Assembly (NCBI GenBank): GCA_017694555.1
Contig: JADIMS010000011.1
Location: forward strand, 4,880 to 68,879
Source of the DNA: Candidatus Avitreponema avistercoris
GTDB taxonomy: Bacteria > Spirochaetota > Spirochaetia > Treponematales > Treponemataceae
DNA length: 64,000 nt
Direction of reading: 5' to 3'
Positions 1 through 9,174 of the stretch are shown piece by piece; the first letter of the stretch is position 1, and each line of letters begins with the position of its first letter. The translations under genes were made by a program, and so were the position numbers. The notes below the pieces were generated by a model, which ran no database searches, was not told the origin of the DNA, and saw only the letters and a list, made by a program, of their open reading frames with translations.

Positions 1-1205
1 AAGGCGTGGAAAAACTCCGTGTCCATGCGCTTTTGGACGGGCGGGACGTGGATCCGACTTCTGCGCTCAATTACATCACGCCGCTGGAAGAATTCCTGGC
101 CGGTTTTGCCGGAAAAGACTATTGCATTGCATCCGGCGGCGGACGGATGTACATGACGATGGACCGCTACAACGCCGACTGGGCTATGGTGGAGCGCGGC
201 TGGAACGCCCACGTGCTGGGCAAAGGCCGGATGTTCAGTTCCGCCACGCAGGCAATTGAAACATACCGCGCCGAAGTGCCCGGCGTGCTGGATCAGGATA
301 TGCACGAATTCGTCATCGCCCGGGACGGGAAACCTGTAGGCGCCATCGAAGACGGCGACAGCGTGGTGTACTTCAATTTCCGCGGCGACCGCGCGCTGGA
401 AATCACCCGCGCGTTTGAAACGCCTGAAGGCGGCGACCTTCCGTTTGACCGCGTGCGCGTGCCGAAAGTGGAGTATGCCGGCATGATGGAATACGACGGC
501 GACGCGCATGTGCCGCAGCAGTATCTGGTGAATCCGCCCAGCATCGACCGCACAATGGGCGAATATCTGACCAAATCCGGCGTGCGCCTGCTGGCTATTT
601 CTGAGACGCAGAAATACGGGCATGTGACGTATTTCTTCAACGGGAACAAGCAGGGAAAATTCGACGAAAAACTGGAAGACTATGTGGAAATTCCTTCGGA
701 CGTGGTTCCTTTTGAACAGCGCCCGTGGATGAAATGCGCCGAAATCACGGATAAAGTCATTGAAGCAATCCGGAGCGGCAAGTACGACCACATCCGCCTG
801 AATTTCCCCAACGGCGATATGGTGGGGCATACGGGCGTCTTTAATGCCGTCGTGTGTTCGATGGAAGGCATGGACCTGCAGCTGGGCCGCCTGAAGGCTG
901 CGGTGGAAGAAGCAGGCGGAATCCTCTGTCTGACCGCCGACCACGGTAATTCCGACGATATGTACGAGCACGCGAAAGACGGCAGCGTCAAAACGGATAA
1001 GGCTACCGGCGAACCGAAAGCCAAAACCAGCCACAGCCTGAATCCGGTGCCCGGTATCATTTACGATCCGGAATACAAGGGCGAATACGACAACACGCAG
1101 CTTAACGGCGGTCTGGGAATTTCCAGCTGGGCCGCTACGCTCATGCAGCTGATGGGCTTCGTGCCGCCGTCCGATTACGACAAGAGTTTGATCAACCTGA
1201 AGTAA
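1..1205 (+). CDS. gpmI: 2,3-bisphosphoglycerate-independent phosphoglycerate mutase, C-terminal ~400 aa (5' end lies outside the window)
   Basis: The frame is open from the window edge (listed ORF 6..1205). iPGM-type motifs are present: DMVGHTG and LTADHGNSDDM. There is no convincing start or RBS at position 6. Confidence 0.85.
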   Translation, partial: GVEKLRVHALLDGRDVDPTSALNYITPLEEFLAGFAGKDYCIASGGGRMYMTMDRYNADWAMVERGWNAHVLGKGRMFSSATQAIETYRAEVPGVLDQDMHEFVIARDGKPVGAIEDGDSVVYFNFRGDRALEITRAFETPEGGDLPFDRVRVPKVEYAGMMEYDGDAHVPQQYLVNPPSIDRTMGEYLTKSGVRLLAISETQKYGHVTYFFNGNKQGKFDEKLEDYVEIPSDVVPFEQRPWMKCAEITDKVIEAIRSGKYDHIRLNFPNGDMVGHTGVFNAVVCSMEGMDLQLGRLKAAVEEAGGILCLTADHGNSDDMYEHAKDGSVKTDKATGEPKAKTSHSLNPVPGIIYDPEYKGEYDNTQLNGGLGISSWAATLMQLMGFVPPSDYDKSLINLK

Positions 1206-1216
1206 GCTGCCTTTCT

Positions 1217-1270
1217 GCCGGAGCCGCCGGAAAAACGGAATCCCCGTTCCCGCAGCTCCGGCTTTTTTTT
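1217..1270 (+). terminator. Rho-independent terminator after gpmI
   Basis: GCCGGAGC (1217-1224) pairs with GCTCCGGC (1255-1262) and is followed by T8 (1263-1270). The loop is long and contains an inner AACGG/CCGTT hairpin. Confidence 0.55.
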
Positions 1271-1512
1271 CCCCCGGGGCGCAGGGTGCGTCCGCAGACG
1301 GTGCACGCATTCTTCCGCGGAAGCAGGAACCTCCGAAGCCGGAATATCCGCGTTTCCGGATATCTGTTCATTTTGGAGAAACGCTGGTAGTTTCCGTTGC
1401 ATTGTGGTAGGATAAAGAAATTGTACAATCAGGCAGAAAGCTGAGTCAGGCAGGAAATTAAAAAGCGCCTTACCCGTTGTTTTGAAACCGGTCAAAAAGA
1501 AGGGGATGTGAC

Positions 1513-3228
1513 ATGGATGTGCGGAAGGCAGGACAAGAGGAAGACGCCGCACGGAGCGGGGAACCCTGCGATCTGGTAATCCGGGATTGCCTGGCCGTGG
1601 ATCCGGTCACCCGGAGCATCCGTAAAACGTCGGTCGGTATCCGGGGCGCGCGGATTGCCGGACTGGGAGAATACCGCGGGCGGACGGAAATAGACGGACG
1701 CGGTTTGTATGCGTCGGCCGGTTTGATCGATGCGCACGTACACATCGAATCTTCGCTTTGTACGCCCGCGCGCTATGCGGAACTTGTGCTGCCATGCGGA
1801 ACCACGCAGGTGATTGCCGATCCGCATGAGATAGCCAACGTCGCGGGAACAGCCGGTATCCGGTTTATGCAGGAAAGCGCGCGCCGCTGTCCGCTGAAAA
1901 TCCGCTTTATGGTTCCTTCGTGCGTTCCGGCGGCGCCGTTTGAAGATTCGGGCGCGTCGCTTGGGGCGGAAGAAACGGAAGCGCTTCTGGCTTCCGGGGA
2001 ATTCCTTGGCTTGGGCGAAGTGATGGATGTGCCGGGCGTTCTTTCCGGGGAGGCCGCCGTGCACCGGAAAATTTCCGCCGCCGTCAGCCGCGGGCTTCCC
2101 GTGGACGGACATGCGCCCGGGCTTTCCGGGAAAAAGCTGGACGCTTATATTGCCTGCGGTATCCGTACCGATCACGAATGTTCTTCGCCGCAGGAAGCGG
2201 AAGAGCGCGTACAAAAAGGAATGTATGTGCTCTTGCGGCAGGGAAGCGCCGCGCAGGATTTGCGGGCCCTTCTTCCTGCCGTCCGTTCTGCGGGCAGCGG
2301 CCGGATGTGTTTTTGCAGCGACGATAAGCATCCGGAAGATATTCTGCGGAAAGGCCATATCAATGAAAATCTCCGGATTGCCGTGGAAAACGGGATAAGT
2401 GTTTTTGACGCGCTGGCTATGGCGACCGTCAACGCTGCCGGATGTTACGGCCTGAAAGACACCGGACTTCTTGCTCCGGGATATTTTGCGGATATTGTGT
2501 TATTCCGCGATTTACAGAATTTTGAAGCTGTCTGTGTACTGACGGACGGCGTTGTGCGTGCCAAAGACGGGCGCTGTTTGTTTGTTCCGGAAGAAGACGC
2601 GCCGGTTCCGCCCGTCCTGCGGGATTCTGTCCGCATCCGTCCCGTCACGGAAGCTGACTTTGTTTTTCCCGTTCCGTCCGGCAGGAAACCGCTGCCGGCT
2701 TTCGGCGTGCAGGACGGAAGTTTGTTTACCCCGCGGGAATGTTTTTCCCCGGACAGCGCAGGCTTTTGTAAAATCGCGGAAATCGAGCGGCACAAAAAAA
2801 GCGGACGCATAGGGAAAGCCTTTGTCCGCGGTATGGGAATCCGGAGCGGCGCGCTGGCTTCCACCGTCTGCCACGATTCCCACAATCTGGCGGTTTGCGG
2901 TACGGACGCCCGCGATATGCTTTTGGCTGTCCGGGAACTGGAACGCTGCGGCGGCGGTCTTACGGTGGTGCGGGACGGCGCAGTGCTGGAAACGCTTCCG
3001 CTGGAAACCGGCGGTTTGATGCGTTCGTGCCCGCCGCGCGAAACCGCAGCGGGGATGGAGCGCGTATTGGCTGCGGCAAAGACGTGCATGGACGGACAAG
3101 GCGTGCGCAATCCATTCATGACGCTTTCGTTTCTGTGCCTTCCGGTAATTCCCGCGTACAAATTGACGGTGCGCGGTCTGTACGACGTGGAGCGCGGTTT
3201 GTTCGTAGAGGACGGGAATCCGTTCTGA
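1513..3228 (+). CDS. ade: adenine deaminase (amidohydrolase superfamily)
   Basis: 571 aa. It has the metal-binding signature GLIDAHVHIESS, and its length and layout are typical of Ade. Confidence 0.85.
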   Translation: MDVRKAGQEEDAARSGEPCDLVIRDCLAVDPVTRSIRKTSVGIRGARIAGLGEYRGRTEIDGRGLYASAGLIDAHVHIESSLCTPARYAELVLPCGTTQVIADPHEIANVAGTAGIRFMQESARRCPLKIRFMVPSCVPAAPFEDSGASLGAEETEALLASGEFLGLGEVMDVPGVLSGEAAVHRKISAAVSRGLPVDGHAPGLSGKKLDAYIACGIRTDHECSSPQEAEERVQKGMYVLLRQGSAAQDLRALLPAVRSAGSGRMCFCSDDKHPEDILRKGHINENLRIAVENGISVFDALAMATVNAAGCYGLKDTGLLAPGYFADIVLFRDLQNFEAVCVLTDGVVRAKDGRCLFVPEEDAPVPPVLRDSVRIRPVTEADFVFPVPSGRKPLPAFGVQDGSLFTPRECFSPDSAGFCKIAEIERHKKSGRIGKAFVRGMGIRSGALASTVCHDSHNLAVCGTDARDMLLAVRELERCGGGLTVVRDGAVLETLPLETGGLMRSCPPRETAAGMERVLAAAKTCMDGQGVRNPFMTLSFLCLPVIPAYKLTVRGLYDVERGLFVEDGNPF

Positions 3229-3305
3229 ATTCCGCACGGACGGATAAAACGGAAAACACGGGCAGTTTGCCCGGTAACGATTGAATAGGAAAGAGGGGTT
3301 TGAAT

Positions 3306-3545
3306 ATGTATTACCATGAATCATCTGTTGTACTATTTGCCATACTTGCCGTGCTGATCACATTTGCGGTTTATTTGATTTTGCGTCATTTTTGCTGCTG
3401 GTACTGGAAAATCAACCGGCGTATAGAATTGATGGAAGATATGCTGCGTGAGTTGCGGTCGCTGAACGCCGCGCTGTCCGGACGGAAAACCGGGGATGTC
3501 CCCCGTATTGAAGACGGGAACGGGAATCCGCCTGCCGGCGTATGA
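3306..3545 (+). CDS. small single-pass membrane protein, function unknown
   Basis: ATG 3306 lies 7 nt after GAGGGG. One hydrophobic helix (VVLFAILAVLITFAVYLIL) is followed by a charged tail. The stop overlaps the next gene's start (ATGA at 3542-3545). The listed ORF starts at TTG 3300. Confidence 0.5.
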   Translation: MYYHESSVVLFAILAVLITFAVYLILRHFCCWYWKINRRIELMEDMLRELRSLNAALSGRKTGDVPRIEDGNGNPPAGV

Positions 3546-4483
3546 CGCAAAAACGGGCCGGGCGCAACCGTACGCTGACGCTGGAACCGGAAGAAATTCC
3601 CCGTCTGCGGGAACGGCTGCTGACGCCGGAAAAACTTGCCGCCGGGGAATCCGTAATAAACCGGATTCTGTATGCGGATTTATTCTGCGTACTGGACCGG
3701 ATTCCCGGTAAATTCGCCGATCTTGTGCTGGCCGATCCGCCTTACAATTTGAATAAGAATTTCGGCGGGGAGCGCTTTTCTGCCATGCCGCCGGCTGCGT
3801 ATGAAGAATGGCTTTCTTCCTGGCTTCCGCGCGTCTGTTCCAAACTCAAACCGGACGGCAGTCTTTATCTTTGCTGCGACTGGCGCTGTTCGGCGGCGGC
3901 GCAGCGCGTGCTGGAAAAAGAAATGCACATTCTGAACCGCATTACCTGGCAGCGGGAAAAAGGGCGCGGCGCCGGAAAAAACTGGAAAAACGCTATGGAA
4001 GACATCTGGTTTGCCGTCCGCGACCCGCGCAGATATTATTTCAATGTTGACGCCGTGATGCTGAAACGGCGGGTGCGCGCGCCGTACCGGGCGGACGGAA
4101 AACCGAAAGACTGGACGCAGGAAGCGGACGGAAAATTCCGCTGCACGCGGCCTTCCAATTTCTGGGACGACATCAGCGTTCCCTTTTGGTCGATGCCGGA
4201 AAACACCGACCATCCTGCACAAAAGCCGGAAAAACTGTACGCCCGGCTGATTTTAGCCTCGTGCCCGGAAAACGGCGTGGTGTTCGATCCGTTTCTGGGA
4301 AGCGGTACGGCGGCCGCCGCGGCCAAAAAACTGGGGCGGCGCTGGTGCGGCGTGGAGCGGGTTGAAGAATATTGCCTGCTGGCGGAAAAACGCCTGCTTT
4401 TGGCGGAAACCAACCGGCGCATTCAGGGTTACGCGGACGGCGTGTTCTGGGAGCGGAATTCCCTTCCGCCCCGGGAACCGTGA
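3542..4483 (+). CDS. site-specific DNA methyltransferase, beta-class N6A/N4C (PF01555-like), no partner endonuclease seen
   Basis: Motif IV LADPPYNL lies near the N-terminus. SAM motif I VFDPFLGSGT lies near the C-terminus. That order is the beta-class arrangement. Confidence 0.85.
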   Translation: MTQKRAGRNRTLTLEPEEIPRLRERLLTPEKLAAGESVINRILYADLFCVLDRIPGKFADLVLADPPYNLNKNFGGERFSAMPPAAYEEWLSSWLPRVCSKLKPDGSLYLCCDWRCSAAAQRVLEKEMHILNRITWQREKGRGAGKNWKNAMEDIWFAVRDPRRYYFNVDAVMLKRRVRAPYRADGKPKDWTQEADGKFRCTRPSNFWDDISVPFWSMPENTDHPAQKPEKLYARLILASCPENGVVFDPFLGSGTAAAAAKKLGRRWCGVERVEEYCLLAEKRLLLAETNRRIQGYADGVFWERNSLPPREP

Positions 4484-4564
4484 GATACAAGTATACGGCT
4501 TGTTTTCAGTCTGCTTTACGGATACACTGTCTGTATCCGGGTAAACCGGAACGGAGGACAGGAT

Positions 4565-5701
4565 ATGGTTTATCGGAATTTCAAAGATTTGCAGATTTCT
4601 GCACTCGGTCTGGGTACCATGCGCCTGCCGGTAATCCGGGGCGAGGATTCCGCCGTGGATCAGGCGCAGGTGAATGAAATGGTGAAAATGGCGGTGGAAG
4701 GCGGCGTCAATTATTTTGATACCGCATGGGGGTATCATGGCGGGAATTCCGAAACGTCGGTTGCGGAAGCGTTGCAGCCGTATCCCCGCGCATCCTATTT
4801 TCTTGCTGATAAATTTCCCGGTTATGATTTGGCCAATTTCGGGAAGACAAAAGAAATCTTTGCCCGGCAGCTTGAAAAATGCAGGACGGATTATTTCGAT
4901 TTTTATCTTTTCCATAACGTTTGCGAGCTGAACATTTCCCATTATCTGGATGAAGAAAAATGGCATACATATTCGGATTTAATCCGCCTGCGGGATGAAG
5001 GAAAGATCCGCCATCTGGGATTTTCCTGCCACGGGGATATGGATGTGCTGCAAAGCTTTTTGAACGCCTACGGAAAAGACATGGAATTTTGCCAGCTGCA
5101 AATCAACTGGATTGACTGGCGTTTCCAAAATGCAGGGGAAAAAGTGGAATTGCTGAATAAATGGAATATCCCGGTTTGGGTAATGGAACCGCTGCGCGGC
5201 GGCAAGCTGGCTTCCCTCCGTCCGGAAGACGGACAGAAGCTGCACGCGCTTCGTCCTGGGGAGACGGTTCCTGCGTGGGCTTTCCGCTTCCTGCAATCGG
5301 TTCCCGGCGTAACGGTGATTCTCTCCGGAATGTCCTCTGCCGGGCAGCTGGCTGAAAACCTGCGTACCTTCCGGGATGAGAGGCCGCTCAATGCAGAAGA
5401 ATGGAAAACGCTGACGGCAATCGGGGATGAAATGGTAAAGCAGATTGCGCTGCCGTGTACCGCCTGCCGCTATTGCGTGCCGCATTGCCCGAAGCATCTG
5501 GACATTCCGCGGCTGCTTTCGTTTTACAACGAACACGTGTTCACCGGCGGAGGATTTCTGGCGCCGATGGCGCTTGCTTCGTTCGACAAAGATAAACTGC
5601 CGTCCGAATGTATCGGCTGCGGGAGTTGCCGGAAAGTTTGCCCGCAGGGTATCGATATTCCTGCCGCGATGAAGGATTTTACGGCAAAAGTCGGCGCCTG
5701 A
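4565..5701 (+). CDS. aldo/keto reductase with C-terminal 2x[4Fe-4S] ferredoxin-type domain
   Basis: The N-terminus is AKR-like (YRNFKDLQISALGLGTMRLP). Two Cys clusters are present: CTACRYCVPHCP and CIGCGSCRKVCP. Confidence 0.85.
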   Translation: MVYRNFKDLQISALGLGTMRLPVIRGEDSAVDQAQVNEMVKMAVEGGVNYFDTAWGYHGGNSETSVAEALQPYPRASYFLADKFPGYDLANFGKTKEIFARQLEKCRTDYFDFYLFHNVCELNISHYLDEEKWHTYSDLIRLRDEGKIRHLGFSCHGDMDVLQSFLNAYGKDMEFCQLQINWIDWRFQNAGEKVELLNKWNIPVWVMEPLRGGKLASLRPEDGQKLHALRPGETVPAWAFRFLQSVPGVTVILSGMSSAGQLAENLRTFRDERPLNAEEWKTLTAIGDEMVKQIALPCTACRYCVPHCPKHLDIPRLLSFYNEHVFTGGGFLAPMALASFDKDKLPSECIGCGSCRKVCPQGIDIPAAMKDFTAKVGA

Positions 5702-5711
5702 TGCGCACGGT

Positions 5712-6122
5712 TTAGTCCGCCCCGTGCTTCAGCGGACGGAGAAGCTGGAAGACCAAAACGTTCCCTTCCCGCAGGAAGCGCAGGAACAAATCCCTCCCTT
5801 CAAATTCCGCTTCCTGCCAAAGAGCTTCAAGCCACAGCTCCCTGGCAGCGCGGAGATACAGGGAGGGATTTTTGTTTACCGGATCCGGCGCATCTGCTGC
5901 AGGTCCTGCGGTTCCCTGTAAAAAGAGGTAGATACCCGGCGGAATTCTGTCTGCCGGGCCGGCAATTTGCAGGTGCGCGCTGTCCGGCGGTTCCAGTTCT
6001 TTCGGTTTTACGCCGGATGTGCAGCGGTATAACGCTGTGGTGCCGTCCGGGGAAGACGCGCCAGGCTGCTCCGGCGCGGACAACGGGCGGTGAAGGAATA
6101 ACCGGCGGATGATGAAGTCCAT
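5712..6122 (-). CDS. hypothetical protein (start uncertain; the ORF is open to GTG 6173)
   Basis: It is the only long frame in this gap. The amino-acid composition looks protein-like. No SD precedes either candidate start, and I recognise no motif with confidence. Confidence 0.35.
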   Translation of the reverse strand: MDFIIRRLFLHRPLSAPEQPGASSPDGTTALYRCTSGVKPKELEPPDSAHLQIAGPADRIPPGIYLFLQGTAGPAADAPDPVNKNPSLYLRAARELWLEALWQEAEFEGRDLFLRFLREGNVLVFQLLRPLKHGAD

Positions 6123-6234
6123 ACCTGAGCGTAGCGGAAAAAAAAACGAAAGGCAAGAGAAAAAACAGCGCACTATCCTGCGGGAAAGGCGGTAAAAAAC
6201 GGATTCCGGGGATATTTCAGCCGGAGGTTAAACC

Positions 6235-7344
6235 ATGCAGGATTCATATCTGTGCGCTGCTGTTTGCGCGGCAAAACCGGCGCCGGTCCGGTTCCGTCTT
6301 TTTTCTCTGGCTCTGCCTGTCTGCATCTGGGGAATGTGGGCTGTCCTTTCCGGCTGTGCGCTGGATCCGCGGGCGGCGGCGGTTTGGAGCGGGGATCTGT
6401 CCCTGCCGGAATTTACCGGCTCTTCGATGCCTGCGGCAGATACGGTGGTATTGGGGTTTTCGGAACCGGTAACTGTGGCTTCCGCTTCGATGATTACGGC
6501 GGACAGAAACCTTGCGCTGGATATTCCGGCGTCCGTTCCGGCAGCAGAAGCGCGTTTGCTTTTACCGGAAGTTCCGCCGCCGGGAGATCCGTTTGTACTT
6601 TCCGTTACTGTGGAAAACGCTGGCGGAAATACGCTTTCGCTTTCGGAGTCTTTTTCCGGCTACAATCCCCGCGTCCCGGCGCTGCGGATTTGTGAAGTCC
6701 GTACCGTATACAGCAAACCGCGGGCGGAGTTTATTGAGCTGGAAGCGTTGGAAGCGGGGAATTTGAGCGGCGTGCGGATTGAAACTTACGGGGTTTCCCG
6801 CAGTAAGCCGAAAAATACCGTTTACGAATTTCCGCCGGCGGAAGTACAGAAAGGGGATCTTGTCGTTCTGCACTACCGCTGTCTGCCGGATCCCTCTGTT
6901 CCGGAATTTGCGGACGAAACCGGCTCCGACCTTGCGCTTCCCGGCGGTAAAGATGCGTCCGATACTGCGCGGGATTTCTGGTTTCCCCATGACAAAGCCC
7001 CTCTTTCTGTACCCGGCGTTTTCCTTGTGCGGGAACGGAAATCCGGCGCGCTGCTGGACGCGCTGCTGTATGTGGACAGCGGCGGGGATAAAACGGAAGT
7101 TCCCTATGACTGGATGCTGGCGGCTGCACGCGAGGCGGTGTCGTCCGGGGTATGGACCGCATCCGGTGAAGGAAACGGCGGAACAGGCGGCTTTCCCGCT
7201 TTTGATGCCTGCGGTACAACGGCTACCCGCACGCTTTGCCGGGATTCTGCGGTTCCGGGTTCTTCCCCGGCCGGATGGTATGTATGTGCATCCGGAAAGG
7301 CTTCTCCCGGCAAGCCGAACAGCGGAGAGCGGTATCAGCCTTGA
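6235..7344 (+). CDS. lipoprotein with a lamin-tail-domain-like segment
   Basis: GGAGG lies 7 nt before the ATG. The signal peptide ends in the lipobox VLSGC. The segment RICEVRTVYSKPRAEFIELEALEAGNLSGVRIE fits the LTD pattern (xEFIELxN...LSG). Confidence 0.6.
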   Translation: MQDSYLCAAVCAAKPAPVRFRLFSLALPVCIWGMWAVLSGCALDPRAAAVWSGDLSLPEFTGSSMPAADTVVLGFSEPVTVASASMITADRNLALDIPASVPAAEARLLLPEVPPPGDPFVLSVTVENAGGNTLSLSESFSGYNPRVPALRICEVRTVYSKPRAEFIELEALEAGNLSGVRIETYGVSRSKPKNTVYEFPPAEVQKGDLVVLHYRCLPDPSVPEFADETGSDLALPGGKDASDTARDFWFPHDKAPLSVPGVFLVRERKSGALLDALLYVDSGGDKTEVPYDWMLAAAREAVSSGVWTASGEGNGGTGGFPAFDACGTTATRTLCRDSAVPGSSPAGWYVCASGKASPGKPNSGERYQP

Positions 7345-7415
7345 AGTTTTGCGGAAAGGGTGCGGATACGGGAAAGAGCCGGTTTTCAATACAACATGGA
7401 AAAAGTTAGGAAAAA

Positions 7416-7444
7416 ATACAACTCTTTTCCGAAAAAAGTTGTAT
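7416..7444. promoter_or_regulatory. inverted repeat ATACAACT-N13-AGTTGTAT upstream of the ara operon (candidate operator)
   Basis: The 8-bp arms at 7416-7423 and 7437-7444 are perfect. An ATACAAC half-site recurs at 7390-7396. Confidence 0.35.
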
Positions 7445-7452
7445 GCATTTTG

Positions 7453-7481
7453 TTGACAGCCGGATACGCGCGTTGTACCAT
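7453..7481 (+). promoter_or_regulatory. candidate sigma70-type promoter of the araB-like operon
   Basis: TTGACA (7453-7458), a 17-nt spacer, then TACCAT (7476-7481). A TTGTAC half-site (7473-7478) overlaps the -10. Confidence 0.45.
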
Positions 7482-7535
7482 CCCTGTTGGCTCCGGGCGG
7501 AGAGTAATTCCGGGGCCGTACAAACGGAGGAGAGT

Positions 7536-9143
7536 ATGGATATTGCGCATATCAAATCTTCTATAAGCGGAGGGAAAACCGCCCTCGGTATAGAATTTGG
7601 CTCCACACGCATCAAAGCCGTTCTGGTGGATGAAACCTTTGCGCCCATAGCGTCCGGCAGCTTTGACTGGGAAAATAAGCTGCTTGACGGTATGTGGACG
7701 TACAGCATCGAAGAAGTGATTTCCGGTCTGCAGTCTTGCTACCGCGCCCTTGCCGCCGATGTGCGGGAAAAATACGGGCTGGATCTGACGGCAATCGGGA
7801 CAATCGGCATCAGCGCAATGATGCACGGTTATATGGCGTTTGACGCCGCCGGGAATCTGCTGGTGCCTTTCCGTACCTGGCGCAATACCTGCACCGGAGA
7901 CGCCGCCGCCGAATTGTCGGAATTATTCGCTTTCAATATTCCGCAGCGCTGGAGTATCGCGCACTTGTATCAGGCGGTCCTGAATGGCGAAAGCCACGTG
8001 CCGCAAATCGCCTTTTTGACGACGCTGGCCGGATTTGTCCATTGGAAGCTCACCGGCGAAAAAGTTCTCGGCGTGGGCGATGCTTCCGGTATGTTCCCGA
8101 TTGACAGCAAAACCGGTACTTACGATGAATCCATGCTTTCCCGGTTTGCACAGCACATTGCCGGAAAGAATTATGCGTGGGATATCCGCAGCCTGTTGCC
8201 GAAGGTTCTGTCTGCCGGCGAACCGGCCGGAACGCTGACGGCGGAAGGCGCGGCGTTGTTGGATCCTTCCGGAAAATTGCAGGCCGGAATTCCGCTTTGT
8301 CCGCCGGAAGGCGATGCAGGAACGGGAATGACGGCGACATGCGCCGTTGCCCCGCGTACCGGAAATGTGAGCGCGGGTACGTCGATCTTTGCCATGATCG
8401 TGCTGGAGAAAATGCTGTCTTCCGTCCATCCGGAAATTGATTTGGTAACGACGCCCGACGGTTCTCCTGTTGCAATGGTACACTGCAACAACTGCTCTTC
8501 CGACATTGACGCATGGATCCGGGTGTTCCGGGAATTTGCTGCGCTCGCCGGATGTGATGTGCCGAAATCCAAAGTCTACGATTTGCTTTACGGAAAGGCC
8601 CTGGAAGGGGACGCGGACTGCGGAGGACTGGTTTCTTTCAATTATTTTTCCGGCGAGCCGGTTGCCGGATTGGACGCCGGACGCCCGTTGTTTGCCCGGC
8701 TTCCGGATGCCTCTTTCACGCTGGCTAATTTTATGCGGGCCAATTTGTACGGCGCCGTGGCAACGCTCAAAATGGGCATGAACATTCTGCTGGAGACGGA
8801 AAAAGTCCGCATCGATAAGTTGGTCGGGCACGGCGGGTATTTCAAAACACCGGTTGTCGGACAACGGTTCATGGCTGCGCTTGGTACGCCGGTATCCGTC
8901 ATGGAAACTGCGGGAGAAGGCGGCGCATGGGGAATTGCGCTTTTGGCTGCCTACCTTCATGCGCGTACTGCCGGCGAAACGCGTCCGCTCGGGGAATTCC
9001 TGGAACAAAAAGTGTTTGCTTCGATGCCGGTTACAACGCTTTCACCTGATCCGGCAGATGTAAAAGGCTTCGACGCTTACATGGAACGCTTTGTCAAGGC
9101 GTTGCCGGTGGAAAAAAGCGCTACCGAAAATTTGAATGCATAA
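7536..9143 (+). CDS. araB: FGGY-family sugar kinase, probable L-ribulokinase
   Basis: ATG 7536 is preceded by GGAGGAG. The N-terminus [18 protein letters not shown] is actin-like ATPase fold. The gene sits directly upstream of araA and araD. Confidence 0.75.
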   Translation: MDIAHIKSSISGGKTALGIEFGSTRIKAVLVDETFAPIASGSFDWENKLLDGMWTYSIEEVISGLQSCYRALAADVREKYGLDLTAIGTIGISAMMHGYMAFDAAGNLLVPFRTWRNTCTGDAAAELSELFAFNIPQRWSIAHLYQAVLNGESHVPQIAFLTTLAGFVHWKLTGEKVLGVGDASGMFPIDSKTGTYDESMLSRFAQHIAGKNYAWDIRSLLPKVLSAGEPAGTLTAEGAALLDPSGKLQAGIPLCPPEGDAGTGMTATCAVAPRTGNVSAGTSIFAMIVLEKMLSSVHPEIDLVTTPDGSPVAMVHCNNCSSDIDAWIRVFREFAALAGCDVPKSKVYDLLYGKALEGDADCGGLVSFNYFSGEPVAGLDAGRPLFARLPDASFTLANFMRANLYGAVATLKMGMNILLETEKVRIDKLVGHGGYFKTPVVGQRFMAALGTPVSVMETAGEGGAWGIALLAAYLHARTAGETRPLGEFLEQKVFASMPVTTLSPDPADVKGFDAYMERFVKALPVEKSATENLNA

Positions 9144-9174
9144 TAAAAAATTTGCTGATGAGAAGGAGAGGAAA

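Noticed and set aside
1271-1512. A purine riboswitch upstream of adenine deaminase, and a ZTP or other riboswitch upstream of the pur operon (35196-35245).
   Set aside because: I could not find the conserved purine-riboswitch junction and loop sequences. Only a small ATATCCG/CGGATAT hairpin is present. The purE leader is only ~50 nt, too short for a riboswitch.
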